Source of the DNA: Atractiella rhizophila
Taxonomy: Eukaryota
NCBI GenBank assembly: GCA_021432655.1
Contig: MU271316.1
Coordinates: 1 to 64,000 of the forward strand
DNA length: 64,000 nucleotides
Reading direction: 5' to 3'
In this document: piece by piece, positions 49,027 to 60,962 of the stretch
How positions within the stretch are numbered: position 1 is the first letter of the stretch
Layout of the letters: each line of letters opens with the position of its first letter
Made by a program: the position numbers and the translations under genes
Notes under the pieces: model-generated
Told to the model about the DNA's origin: nothing
Databases searched by the model: none
What the model saw: the letters and a program-made list of their open reading frames with translations, nothing else

Positions 49027-50609
49027 ATGGTCATGTTACCCCCCCAACCATTATTCCTTTGCCTCAGTTTGTCTTTCGTGCGCGCACAAAAAGAGGCACA
49101 AAACAAAAGCGGAGCTGACACTGGTACCATTGTCACTTTCTGCATCAGTGCACCAATTGTCTGCTCTTTTTTGGTAATTTGGTTTAGGTGCGTGCTTGCT
49201 TAAATTTATGTTCCGATCCATTGATCTCATTCAGACATGAGCGAAGGCATTGCTGGAAAGCTTCCTTTGGTAATTGGCGGCCCATTATCACCTGCATCAT
49301 CACTCCATTCTTGCCTGTTATATTTGGAGTCATTATCGCAGAAAGGATCCTTCTGGTGCTCCAGATAATCCTTTGCAATCCTGAGGATCGTCGATTCAGC
49401 TTCAACCTCAGCTCCGGGAACGGTAACGGATCGAGCAATAACGGCGAAAGATTTCATCATATTGAACATGTCATGAAGAAGCCACTTCGAGATCCTTTGT
49501 TTTACCTTAACAAAGGTGAGAGGTTGCATTTTAAAGGGTGAGCGTCAATGTCTCTCCAAAGACTGCTGAAACGCAGTTGCTATCAGTCAAGTCGAATGGC
49601 ACCTCCAAGGATTCAACCACCCGCGTGTAACTTGCTTTCGCTGCGTCCAACAAGCCTTCGATGGACAATTGAACCAGATATCTAAGATCCTGCTGCGCTC
49701 ATTGGATTCCAAAGGGTTCCTTGTACAATAGGAGGTGAGAACTCGTAGAGCCCTTTCAGGCCTTCAGAAAGCCGTTCAAATCCTCGAGTATGTGGTGGCC
49801 GACCTGTACATCACGGCGATGCTAGCCTTCCAACTGGGTTCGAAGAGTGGCTGACATGCCAGCATCACGCTGTATGCAATTCTCTCCCACAGGGAAAACC
49901 AAATTGAACTATTCACAACCAGTCATTGAAGCAGATGCTCCAAGTCCAAGACGCTCTCTTCTGCACTTCGCTTCAGGAAAGTTCCGGAAATGGGATCAGG
50001 AGCTCGATTCTGAGATGGTATGGTGAATTCATTTGAATTTGCGTGGGTCCCACTGCATTTGAAAGCCCCAGCTGATAGCTGTTCAGAATTTACCAGCAAC
50101 AAGGTCAGAATACCACTTCACCGAGAGAACACGGAGAAGGATGAAGAGTACACACTGACAATGAAACAAGCCGATAACAGTCGATTACTCGCCGTAGAGG
50201 CAGCCGTGATTCGGTTCGCAGTTCATGTCTCAACTTGTCATCTCATTGAATCTGATCGCTTTTAGGGTCATGAAGAGGTCTCGACAGCTCATACTACAAA
50301 ACTTGGTGACGGCGGGTTTTATATTGCAACTTACACGGGCTAATTGCCCTCTAACTCAGGACACCATCAGCTCTCTGCAAGGCCAATTCAAGCCTGTTGT
50401 CGATGATATCAATACTGCCATCAAGATGCTCGTGGAAAAGGAAATATTGAGCAAGATGAACAGCGAACCTGAGAGATTTGCTGTGCGTCTCTCCTTTCCA
50501 TATGATCGTCGTGGCGTGGTATAACTCCACAACCTCGGCGGAGATTCTGGACCTGTGAAGCGGCACTACCCAGTTTACGTGCAGCATTTCGCGCCATATT
50601 TGCGGTTAA
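49027..50609 (+). pseudogene. Internally deleted cullin paralog (copy B) with the same signal/TM exons
   Basis: Same exon layout as copy A. TAG at 49729-49731 replaces a Trp. The sequence jumps from IRSSILRWY (~50020) to the EFHLNL-equivalent and retains VEAAVIRVMK. Confidence 0.85.
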
Positions 50610-51766
50610 ATTGTTGCACTCCTGCTCTCACGTCGTTGTCAGGTACTGAACTTGTTTTTGATATGGTTTGTATGAGTATTTGCAGTATCAACGGCGTATC
50701 ATTTGGCCGTGTAGGTGATGTCCTTGGAATATGACTCTACGTTACTGCTATTATACTTCGTTGGCTTGTTGATGAGTACTCGGAGCTACTTCTCGTTGCA
50801 ATCGAATAATGCCTATTCGGGTGCCTTGTACATTCTCTTTGCGAGGAACTCCCACAATGGGTTATCAGCCATCCATCCACACAGTCATGGCAATTAAACA
50901 ATTCTTCTGCGGTGAGGAAGTGAAGCTCTAGTTCAAGTTGATTCGGAGGGGTACGAGAGAGCTAGACTAAGAAAGATGTACCTCACCAAATCACGGTGGT
51001 GGATATGTATGTAGTTATTGGAAGAACTCAGAGGATGCACCGAATAGCCTTTCAGGAGCGATCGAAGTTCATTGGAGCCATTCATTAAGGAGTCCGCGCC
51101 AAATGCTCTATCTCCCGAAAGCTGGATCAATCTCCCAATGACACCTGCTGCATTTTAGATGGAAGGCTTGGAGCCTGACGCGCGACGGCGCTTGATTTTA
51201 TGGTATTGGCGCAGATGACTGGTTGTTGAGTGGTCTCTGGGACGACACGGTACAAAGGATGTGCAATTTCTATCGACATTCGGATAACTCAGAAGGTAAG
51301 ATAAGGTCGATTTGGTGATGGGGATAGGATCGACTCTGGTTCAACGCTCGGACCTTTGACAGGAGACTGATGCAACAGATTTCGTGCCTGTCATCAGCAT
51401 TTCGGTGTGATCCCTCCGTATTGAGGAGTCACGAAGAATACATTCATTCTCGGAAAGGGCATGTCGATTGTTCCCATAAGGGTTGATGCGGCCTTCAAGC
51501 TGGCGCATCGTGAAGCGAATCCAGAATGTGAACCTGGTAGGATAGCGCAGAGGACATATGACTTCCAAGGGACGAAGAATGGAACACGAATATTTGAAGG
51601 GTTGGACTGAGTGGGTATAATCTGCCTACAACCTTTTGGGCATGTTAGGGGAGGGAACAACAAGAGATAGATGGCTTACTATTTACAAGAGTGAATGCGT
51701 TCCTCGACCTTCTTTCACTCCGAATCAGTAAGCAGGTTCAAAAAAACATAACAAGAATGCATACAT

Positions 51767-52754
51767 CTATACCATCCTCTGCGTCTGGATATGAATCTCC
51801 CTCTCCACCTTTGCATCCATATCCATCGTCTCCTCCTCCTTTTCCACTCTATTCGATATCCTCACATCCCCCTCCAAACCACTTGAGAACCTAAGATCTC
51901 TCTCCTTCGTCTCCCTCTCCCAACCCTTCAGCCTGCTCAATACGCCTTCGAAACCGACCTTTCCAACCTCTGCATTTTTCTCATACCTATCCAAACTGAA
52001 CCTCTCCACCCTCTCCCTGACCATCTTCGTGCCGACTAAGTTCCCACCGGCTCCAGCCCGCACGTCAGCGATGGTGTGGAACCGCGTCTTTTGGTCTCCC
52101 CTCGGCGAGTACGTGATCAGTTCCTTCACGGCGAGGATGGACGCCATGGTGATGTTAGAGGAAGCTTGGATGATGCTCGGACGTTGGACCAGCGGTGAAT
52201 TGTCCGGCGTGGAGTCAGGTGGTGGAACGGGTGGAGGATGGAGCGAGACGAATGTGACTTCTCGGATGAAGGCTTTCTCGGAAGAGCCGAGGAGCTGGCT
52301 CAGCAAATGGCACAGTCAGTAAATTGAGTCAGGTTAGACAAGAGAGAGCTCGTAGTGTCTATCAATGCGACAATTTGATATGTCCATAGAACGTTAACTA
52401 GTTCTCTGGCAGGCCACAGCAAGTAACAGAAAATGAAAAATGAACAGCGGTCATCAGGACTCAAAACTTTTGGGAAAGAAACAACGATGGAAAACGTACC
52501 TTGACGATCCACCTCGGCGCACTCTGTTCTACCCCGATCAACCTCTCAGTCCTCAGTATGCCCGTGGGCAGCATATCCCTGGAGAGGACGTCGACGCTGA
52601 TGACATGAGGGGAGGATGGGTTCGGATACTTCTGGAAGAGTGAGTAGGCTACGTCTGGGCATAAACCTAGTGAGCTCTAGTAGGATGCAGAGCAGAGGGA
52701 ATAGACAGTACGATGGAAGGGATATCCGTATTCCACTGTGTTTGACCACAGCAT
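51767..52754 (-). CDS. PRELI/MSF1 (Ups-family) mitochondrial lipid-transfer protein
   Basis: KYPNPSSPHVISVDVLSRDM..GILRTERLIGVEQSAPRWIVK...SSNIT..SIL.VKELITY...ERFSLDRYEKNAEVGKVGFEGVL. Confidence 0.9.
52324..52464 (-). ncRNA. Candidate intronic box C/D snoRNA (~140 nt)
   Basis: The minus strand reads TTGAG-TC-CTGATGA ... CTGA-CTCAA: C box, D box and terminal stem in canonical spacing, inside a ~200-nt intron of the PRELI gene. Confidence 0.65.
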
Positions 52755-53616
52755 CGCTCTCTATTAGTTGTCTACGTGTTGGATGACGTAACAACATTCT
52801 CTCAGCCGTAGTTCTAATCGAGTAATCCGCGGCTTGTGCAGCATGCCGCTATTATGACTCACGTATACTATTTGGGTCACCACGTGACAATCATAAGTCC
52901 TTCCATCTGTGCAGCTTCATAAAGCTGCATGACGCACTTGTAAAGTACAGAATGACGATCTCAGATTGCTCGATTGGCGGGTGAGATTCTGCGCTTCCAT
53001 CGCTGCCTCGCTTCTGGTCTCAATGGCGTTCTCTTCCGTCTCGCGTCACCTTGTCCAAGGCGCTTTACTTCGTTTTCGTGATGGACATGATTCACATTCT
53101 TTTTTGCTTGCAAGTTCACGCGAGTGGAACAACGATCAGCCTCTCACTCCCTCACTTGATCTTCACGTTTTTCTCAAAACAAGCAGAAGTAAGCGACTGT
53201 GCAATTCGCGTCTTCCCCATCTGACCATCGATCCGAGGCCCATCGATCGATATAATTACTCTACATAGGACTTCCAATCGATTTCATCTCCCCAGGTTCC
53301 CGTTCCGAATCGGTGTCAAGCACGCCCCCCGCGCGTGTCGTACCCCGCCCACTCGCTCGAACTCGCTTCTCAATCTATTCGGGTCCATTGTGACGTTTGG
53401 CACTAATTAGCTGGGCCGCATGCCACCTCGACGTCCGCCAGAGGAATTGCAAACGTTACCGCGAGCGCACGCGTGCACTCAACGAGGCAGAGGCGGCCGC
53501 TACTGTACATTCGTCTTCCCCAGCTTCCCCAGACCCCATAAAAAAGGCACCTTCCTCTTCAATTGCCTCTCTCAGGCTTAGAGTGAAGCTGCTCCAAGTC
53601 GAAAAAAGATCACAAA

Positions 53617-56600
53617 ATGAGGTCCCTCTCCCTCGCTCTTGCAGCTGCCACCGTTTCGGCGTCACACATCGACTTGACGTTTGGACAGCAAATCCAGTCG
53701 AGGAGTCTAAACACGACCAACGGCAACATCACCTCGCCCAACTCTGACGGAGGCATACTCTGGAAAGACGCTCATGCGAGGGCAAAGAAGATCGTGGCTC
53801 AGTTGACTGTCGAAGAAAAGGTCGGACTCGTCACTGGACAAGTCGGCAGATGTGCTGGTAACCTGAAGCCAGTTGAGCGATTAGGCATTGGAGATATTTG
53901 CGCGTACGCTCTCTCCAAGTCCTCTTCAAACAGGCTGAGCTGAGACGGCAACAACAGTCAAGATGGACCAGCAGGAGTTAGGCCGACGACTGGTGCGCTT
54001 CCGTTCTTCCCAACTTGTGCTCGATTTTCGACTCTAATGCGCTCGCTCAGGTGTCACTCAATTCCCTGCAGGCGTGACTATCGCGGCAACATGGAACGTA
54101 AGCCGTTATTCTCTTCTTTTCGCCTTCATACTGACCGTTCCCCTTGCAGCGAGACCTCATGTACAAGCGCGGAAAGTACATGGGGCAGGAGTTTTACGAC
54201 ATGGGCGTAGGTATCGGTACGTTCCTTCACCCAACCACACACGGTCGAGGTTGACTGAATGCCATCCAGCCCTTTCCCCAGTCACTGGTGGCCCTTTGGG
54301 ACGCAGTCCTTGGGAGGGACGCAACTGGGAGGGCTTCTATTCTGACCCGTACGGTGCGTCCACATCCTTGTTCTTTACCTTGAAAGTTCAACGCTGATGA
54401 GCTGGTCACAGGTACTGGCGTCGCTGCGTACGAGACCGTCACTGGCATGAGGAGCTCTGGGGTCTTGACGACCGCCAAACATTGGATTGGGTTTGTTTTC
54501 ATTGCTCCACCCGTCAGAGCCCACGTTGACGAAAATGCAGGAATGAGCAGGTACGAAGGTACAACCATCAAGTGACATTCTTAATTCCTTCATCAGGAAA
54601 CCTACCGCAATCTGTTCAACGCTACCGCGTCGTACTCTGTATTCCCCGCATCAGGCCAGCTCCCCATATCGGCCAACATTGGTGCGACTGCTCTCTTCCT
54701 CTTTTCCTTCATCGTTTAAGCGTGTGCGACAGATGATCGTGCCATCCACGAACTCTACATGTGGGGATTCGCTGAGGCCATTCGAGCGGGAACGGACTGT
54801 GAGTCTTCCCGCTCGTGTACCAACCTCTGTCCTCATTCGGCATGTAGACGTTATGTGCTCTTACAACGAAGTCAACAACACCCACTCTTGCTCCAACTCG
54901 TACTCCCTAAACGTGAGCAGTCTCTCCCATCCCGATCCTCCAACCTGAAGCACTGCAACAGGGCCTGCTCAAAACTGAGCTCAACTTCCAGGGCGCCATC
55001 ATGTCCGACTGGGGAGCCGTGTAAGCAAATCCTTCGATCCTCTTCCCTGACTAAGGAAGATGACGCTACTTCTTTAAGGTGGAGCGACGAAAATGCTCAA
55101 TTCGTCCTTGGCGGATGTGACATCGTCATGCCTGGATATAACTGTAATGCTCCTTCCGCTCTATCCTCCTCCGCTGATTCAGACATGAAGATGGCGGATC
55201 GCTCGGTTCATTCTGGGGCAACGTCCTCGTCGAGCAAGTGAACAACGGCACTGTCCCACAGGAGCGTATTGACGATATGGTTTGTCTCCAAGCCTGATTT
55301 AGCTCTCAATGGGCTCACGGACGATGACCAGGTCATAAGAACTCTCACTCCGTGGTACGCGAGCGGTCAGGGCGACAAAGCTGTCCCTCAGGTCCCCTTC
55401 AACGCCGTGGATAATCCTGGCTTTCCCGTTTCGTACAGGAACGTTCAGAAATCAGACACACCCGATCTCGTCAAACAGATTGGCCTTGAGGCGCACGCTC
55501 TTCTGAAGAACCAAGGAGGGTTGCCTCTGAAAAAGGGAATCCAAAGCGTACGTTCTCTTCTGCGGAAAGACAACCCTGGGTGATAAGAGGTATAGATTGC
55601 CGTCATTGGAAACGATGCCGGCTCCAACTTTTTGGGACCTAGGGGATGCGGACCATTCAACGATGCTTGCCCTATCACCAACCCCAATGGAACGTATGTC
55701 AATCCTCCTGAACCGCTGTCGGCGAATACTGATGACCCTGTAGCATGTCCATCGGAGGAGGTTCCGGCGCTGTTTGGCCTCACAATCTCATCACACCCCT
55801 CTCCGCGATTCAGTCCTATGCTCAACAGACTAACACCTATGTTGAGTACACCCTCAACAATACCAACTTGGACCGTGTCACTGCCGTGCGCTGCCGTTCT
55901 GCTAATTGAGGACGGTGCCTAACAAAAATGTTACCAGACTGCTGCAAGTGGCGACGTTGCACTCGTCTTCGTTAATGCCTACGCTGCTGAAGGCCAGGAC
56001 CGAGAGAATTTGGACCTGTCTGACAACGGAGATGCCATCATCAAGGCTGCTACCGCAGGAAACAACAACACAGTCGTCATCTTGCAGTACGTCTTCCGAA
56101 TATTCGTGAAAGACTCCTGCTCATTCATTATGAAGCATTCCGGGACCCGTGCTGTTGGAAGAGTGGATCGAAAATGACAACATTACCGCCGTCCTTTGCT
56201 CCTTCCTTCCTGGCGAACAAAGCGGAAACTCGCTCATCCCTATCCTTTTCGGAGACGTCAGCCCCAGCGGAAAGCTCCCATTCACTTTGGGCAAGAGTGT
56301 GGATGACTGGCCAGTGAGTAATCTGGCTGCTCTGCCAAATACACGTGTTGATTATCGCCCAGCCAAACACAATTGTCAAGGATCCGGTGTACGCCCCTCA
56401 AGCCGACTTCACGGAGAGGTCTGTCCTCCTTCTTTCTCCGTCCCCAAACTCATCTCAGCGACCTCTGCAGCTTGAAAATCGATTACCGCTGGTTCGATTC
56501 TAAGGGTATCGAACCCCGCTACGAATTCGGATACGGTCTCTCTTATTCTTCTTTCTCCTACTCGAACATCAAGCTGCAGAAGACCTACAAGCGTGATCAG

Positions 56601-57016
56601 AAGGCACTCCAGAGGACCGCCGAGCCTTTTGTTGGGGCAGATGGTTACAAGTCGCTCTACGACATCATCGCAGTCGTCTCAGCTTCGGTTACCAACACAG
56701 GCAAGTACACTGCTTCAGAAGTTGCTCAACTCGTACGTCCCTCTCCTCCTCAGTGTACTTTCCACTCACTAGCAATTTGCAGTACGTCGAATTCCCTGAA
56801 TCGGTCGGAGAGCCACCGAGGGTACTTCGAGGTTTCGACAAGCTCCAAAATCTGTCTCCAGGATCCTCGCAAACTGCATCCTTTGAGATCACCATCAAGG
56901 ATGTTTCCATCTGGAATGTGGTGAAGCAGGCTTGGGAGATTCCTGACGGAACCATCACCTTCCACGTCGGCGCATCTTCACGTAACTTACCTCTCAAGAC
57001 CTCCACTGCCTTCTAA
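53617..57016 (+). CDS. Secreted glycoside hydrolase family 3 beta-glucosidase (many introns)
   Basis: Signal peptide MRSLSLALAAATVSA; LTVEEKVGLVTG, DGPAGVR, GRNWEGF, KHWIG, VMCSYN, nucleophile motif IMSDW, PSGKLPFT, IDYRWFD, YEFGYGLSY and an Fn3-like tail. Stop at 57016. Confidence 0.97.
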
Positions 57017-57637
57017 AAGTCAGAATTTCCCACGGTGTCTCATGTAATTACTAATCCCCTCGCGCATTTTTGTGACTAAGAAACAATGCATCCCCCTCAT
57101 ATCCAGCTTTCCCGTCTCATTTGTACTTCCGATTTTGCAGTTTCCCTCCCTTAGTACAATCAACACGCAGGAAACCCCACTGTATCGGCAGCACATCCAT
57201 GGCTCGGTTTCCATTCCTCTCTCGACTCATGCGAGGATTTTCCATTGATAGGAGTAAGACTGGCAGACTGAGAAACAGGATCGTGCCTGAGATAGTGTAG
57301 AGCCTAAAGAAGAAAATGGCCCCAATCCTGGAAAAAAATGGTGCAAACAAAACAATGAAAATTGACAGTTGCAGGAAGTAGCTTAGGTTATCATGAAGAG
57401 ACAGGAAGCGAGCGTTCACATGTTCTCGCGAATGCGGACATGCGAGCAGGAAAAGGTCTCGGTCAGAATGATTGTATAACAAGGTATGCAATGTTAATTA
57501 CACAATCGGTTGAGTACATACAACCATTCAAATACAAGTAAAAATGCTGCAATGACACGCATCAAGCATAAACGGGATAGTGGGGAAACTGACAATGCCT
57601 CCAGCGGGTCTCAAGTTCGCTATGTGAAACACTCAGG

Positions 57638-60600
57638 CTACGCCACGTACTACCCAACATGTCACTTAGAATGGGATCAAGCCCAATTAGAAGGAAGAGG
57701 GAGACACACAGCATATTTCTCAGTCTCTCCATCAATCTTACTTAAGAATTCCTTTTCGACCAACAATCTAATTGCTTTATTGATATCCTTGATAGCAGGC
57801 TTGAATTGGCCGTCGAGAGCCATGATCGTGTCCTGCACGAGGTAGCATTAAGCTCATGCCTGATGCAATAGAGCACGCACCGTCACCAAGTTCTGTCGTG
57901 TGAGCTGTCGGGAACACTTCATCACCCTGAGGGAAATGCATGGGAATCAACGAGATAAGTGATAAACGGCGCAACGAACCGAACGACCGCTGCCTCTATG
58001 GCAAGGGCTCGACTCTTGCCAACTTGCTTCATTGCCAGCGATGCGTCATCTCCATCCTTGCCTGTTTTGAAGCGGTGAAGTGGTATTCGGATCTTCTTGC
58101 TGATGAATTCTGAGCGACGATTAGCATTGGCGTGACTTTCGAAGTTGGAAGGGCTTACGGAGGTTCAGGCGAAATTCGCCGTGTTCGAACAGTACAAGCT
58201 TGTGCTTGACCAGCACCTGGAGGAGTGGTTTCGCAGCCGCCTCCGATAGTCCTACTTCGTTCGCAATTGTAGCGAGGTCGGCACTTGTTTTGTCGTCGGC
58301 GAAAAGGAGGAGAATGGCGGCTTGGGGAACCGATGCATGAATCGTATACTTGACATTTGTAAATTGCGTCTCAAGTTCTACCGTTGAAAGATGGAGAAGG
58401 TGTGTCAACTTCCGTCCACTGCTACCCAGTGAACTTTACTCCCGGCGCGGTCACAAAACGCACCGCTGCTCCTTAGCAAAAAATTCTTTGAACTCGTCGT
58501 GTAATGCTTCAAGTTCCTTGGGAAGTCTGATGCCTTCAACTTCGGATGGAGGAAAACATGATACAGAAGCAGAGAGTACTATAGCATTAAAACCTGTGAA
58601 ATGACCTCAATCCGTCTACTTGCTCCCAGTACAAGAAGATGACAAACCAGTGTTGGACTTCTTCTCGTTGTTGAACCGTTCAGCCAATGCGGCTGAGGAG
58701 TCGAGATCTACCGAAAGAAACTCACCGCGTACATTGTAATATGACAAAGCGCTACCTGCAAGCATTTGGATGATCTTCCGCCCATGCTCTGATTTCCCTC
58801 CTGAAACCAATCGGGCGACTTCCCTTTCCTTCTCCTCATGCATACATTCAAATCTCACGATCCTTCTTGCCAGTCGTCGACCGTGAAGTTCGAGAAAGAC
58901 GTCTTTCGCTTCCAGGAAAGAGTATACTTGTAACTAAATGAACTCAGCCAACCATGTTATGCTGGAAATATGAGGAAGACCCAACCATACGGTGGACAAT
59001 GTCATCAAGTGAACCCTCTAGTGGGTCTTCTTGTTTCCTCAGGGCGTCGTCAATGTATAACGAAAGCAAGTTCGCCGCCTGAACTGTTGTGTTGACGAGA
59101 TGTGTTGAAGCCTGCGATGTATCAGCAGTGCTTACACCCAAGGAGGACACCACCTTATGTGTAACATGATCAAAGAAGGGACCTTCCCCTAAAGCTCTCA
59201 CATGAAGGGGGACGGCTTTCAAAGCAATGACAAGGCGTTCGACAAAGGATGTGGAGGCGAGTGCGTCTTCGGCGACGTCTCCAGCAGCAGTATGTGTCGC
59301 ATTCTCCTCTTGATTTCCCATAATAACCTTCGTCAAGATCCATTCGGTAATGACCGTGACTACAGCTTCACATTCTTCGGGGTGCGGCAAGAGTTTGACA
59401 AGATTCAGGATGCGCTTGAGATCTAGGTCATGGCCCATCAGCACTCCTAATACCGCTCAAGGCAATAAGCTGACCTTCCTCCCCGTCCTTCCCTGCTGTA
59501 AGCGAACGCCGCAATCTTTCTGGGTCAGTCGATTGCAAAGTTTTCTTTGCCACGATCAGAAGCAGCTGTACAATCTGTTAGCGGCGGCACCGTATAGGGA
59601 TGGAGAGCAGACCTGCTCCTTTAGGCTTGTTATCTGCTCCTTCCATTGTCCCATCGCCTCCTCGTCTTCAAACAACGCAAGGACTCTCCTCTGACGCGAC
59701 TCCGCCGCTTCTGGTGGAATCGATCGCTCATGGTTGAGGATAGGAGTAGCCAGAAGGGTGTCGTATGAAGAGGTGTTCGACGGAGCATCAATATCAACTA
59801 TTCCAACATTAATGCAATTCCGATGAAGCAACTACACGTACGACAAAGGGTCGCACATCTTATCAGAAGGGCACGGTCTTGCTCGAGTCTTCTTTTGTTC
59901 CTCCAACCCGGTGACAAGTACGGCAGATCATGTAAGTGGCACCTCTCCCGTTCCACCACATCCTCTCTCGTCTGCTTTTGGTACCATTTGAGAATCGAGC
60001 TCCGGATTCCGTTTCCATCACTGTCCTGAAGCTGAGGAGAGAAAAGAGTGCTTTTGACCATATCCTTCGTCGACTGGTTAAGACCAAAGGTCATACAAAT
60101 TGAGTCAGTATTAAAGAAACGAAGCATGCATACCATATCTTGACTCCACCTCAACCACTCCTCGAACTTTTTTGGAGTCCTAGAAGACCCTCTATCCACC
60201 ACATCCGCCATAGAATAGTCGACGAGTGCAGTCGCTTTTTGAAGACCTGAAAGAGCTCCACGACTCCTCTGCTCCCATGATAGAAGGAACGATTCCAAGG
60301 CTAATGAATGCAACGCGCCACTAGCAAGGCCCTTTAATTGAGTATTCAAAGCTTCCCAAACCATATCAAAGAAATCTGTAACCCAACAGTACCTCCCAGT
60401 AAACCTTTCAACCTTCCTTTCACCCATTGATGTTACTATAGTACCTCCAGATATGGATACAGAGGCTCACGTCTTAAAGCGGAGCCTCTCAGATGCATCG
60501 AGATCATACGATGGCACACGAACTAGTAGCTTCTTCAAAACCTGTTCTACGCCATAAAATCTTCTCTTATTTCTCGCAGATCGGCTGGGGTCAAGCCAAA

Positions 60601-60962
60601 ACCTAATGTTGAAGCGACGACTCTTGGGAATACAGAGGATGATCTGAAGAAAAAGTAGGATCCATTCCACGATGTTGAAAGGCAAGCATAACAGGCGACG
60701 TAAGAATCCGATAGTTTGGTGCCAACGATCACTGCGGTCCCTTTGCCCTTGTGTTTCAGCAAAGAGCTCCAGGGCTGGACATGCACACAATAACTCACCA
60801 GAAAATAAAACAGCCAATGATTACTATCCAAATGCAGGCACCAGAGATAAACCCAACTAATTGCCCAGTTCCCAGATTTCTTTGCTTCCCTTCCTCCGCG
60901 AACACTGCAAAAGAAAGAGACAGAGAGAGAAGCAGGGATACTTTGAACTGGCAATGTGTCAT
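57638..60962 (-). CDS. Divergent Cul1-like cullin with N-terminal signal-peptide-like and hydrophobic segments (copy C)
   Basis: Begins MTHCQFKVSLLLSLSLSFAVFA-EEGKQRNLGTGQ-LVGFISGACIWIVIIGCFIFW. Then ANLLSLYIDDALRK, KDVFLELHGRRLARRIV, GRKLTHLLHLSTVEL, KKIRIPL, IEAAVVRVMK and LVEKEFL...YAYVA*. Confidence 0.88.
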
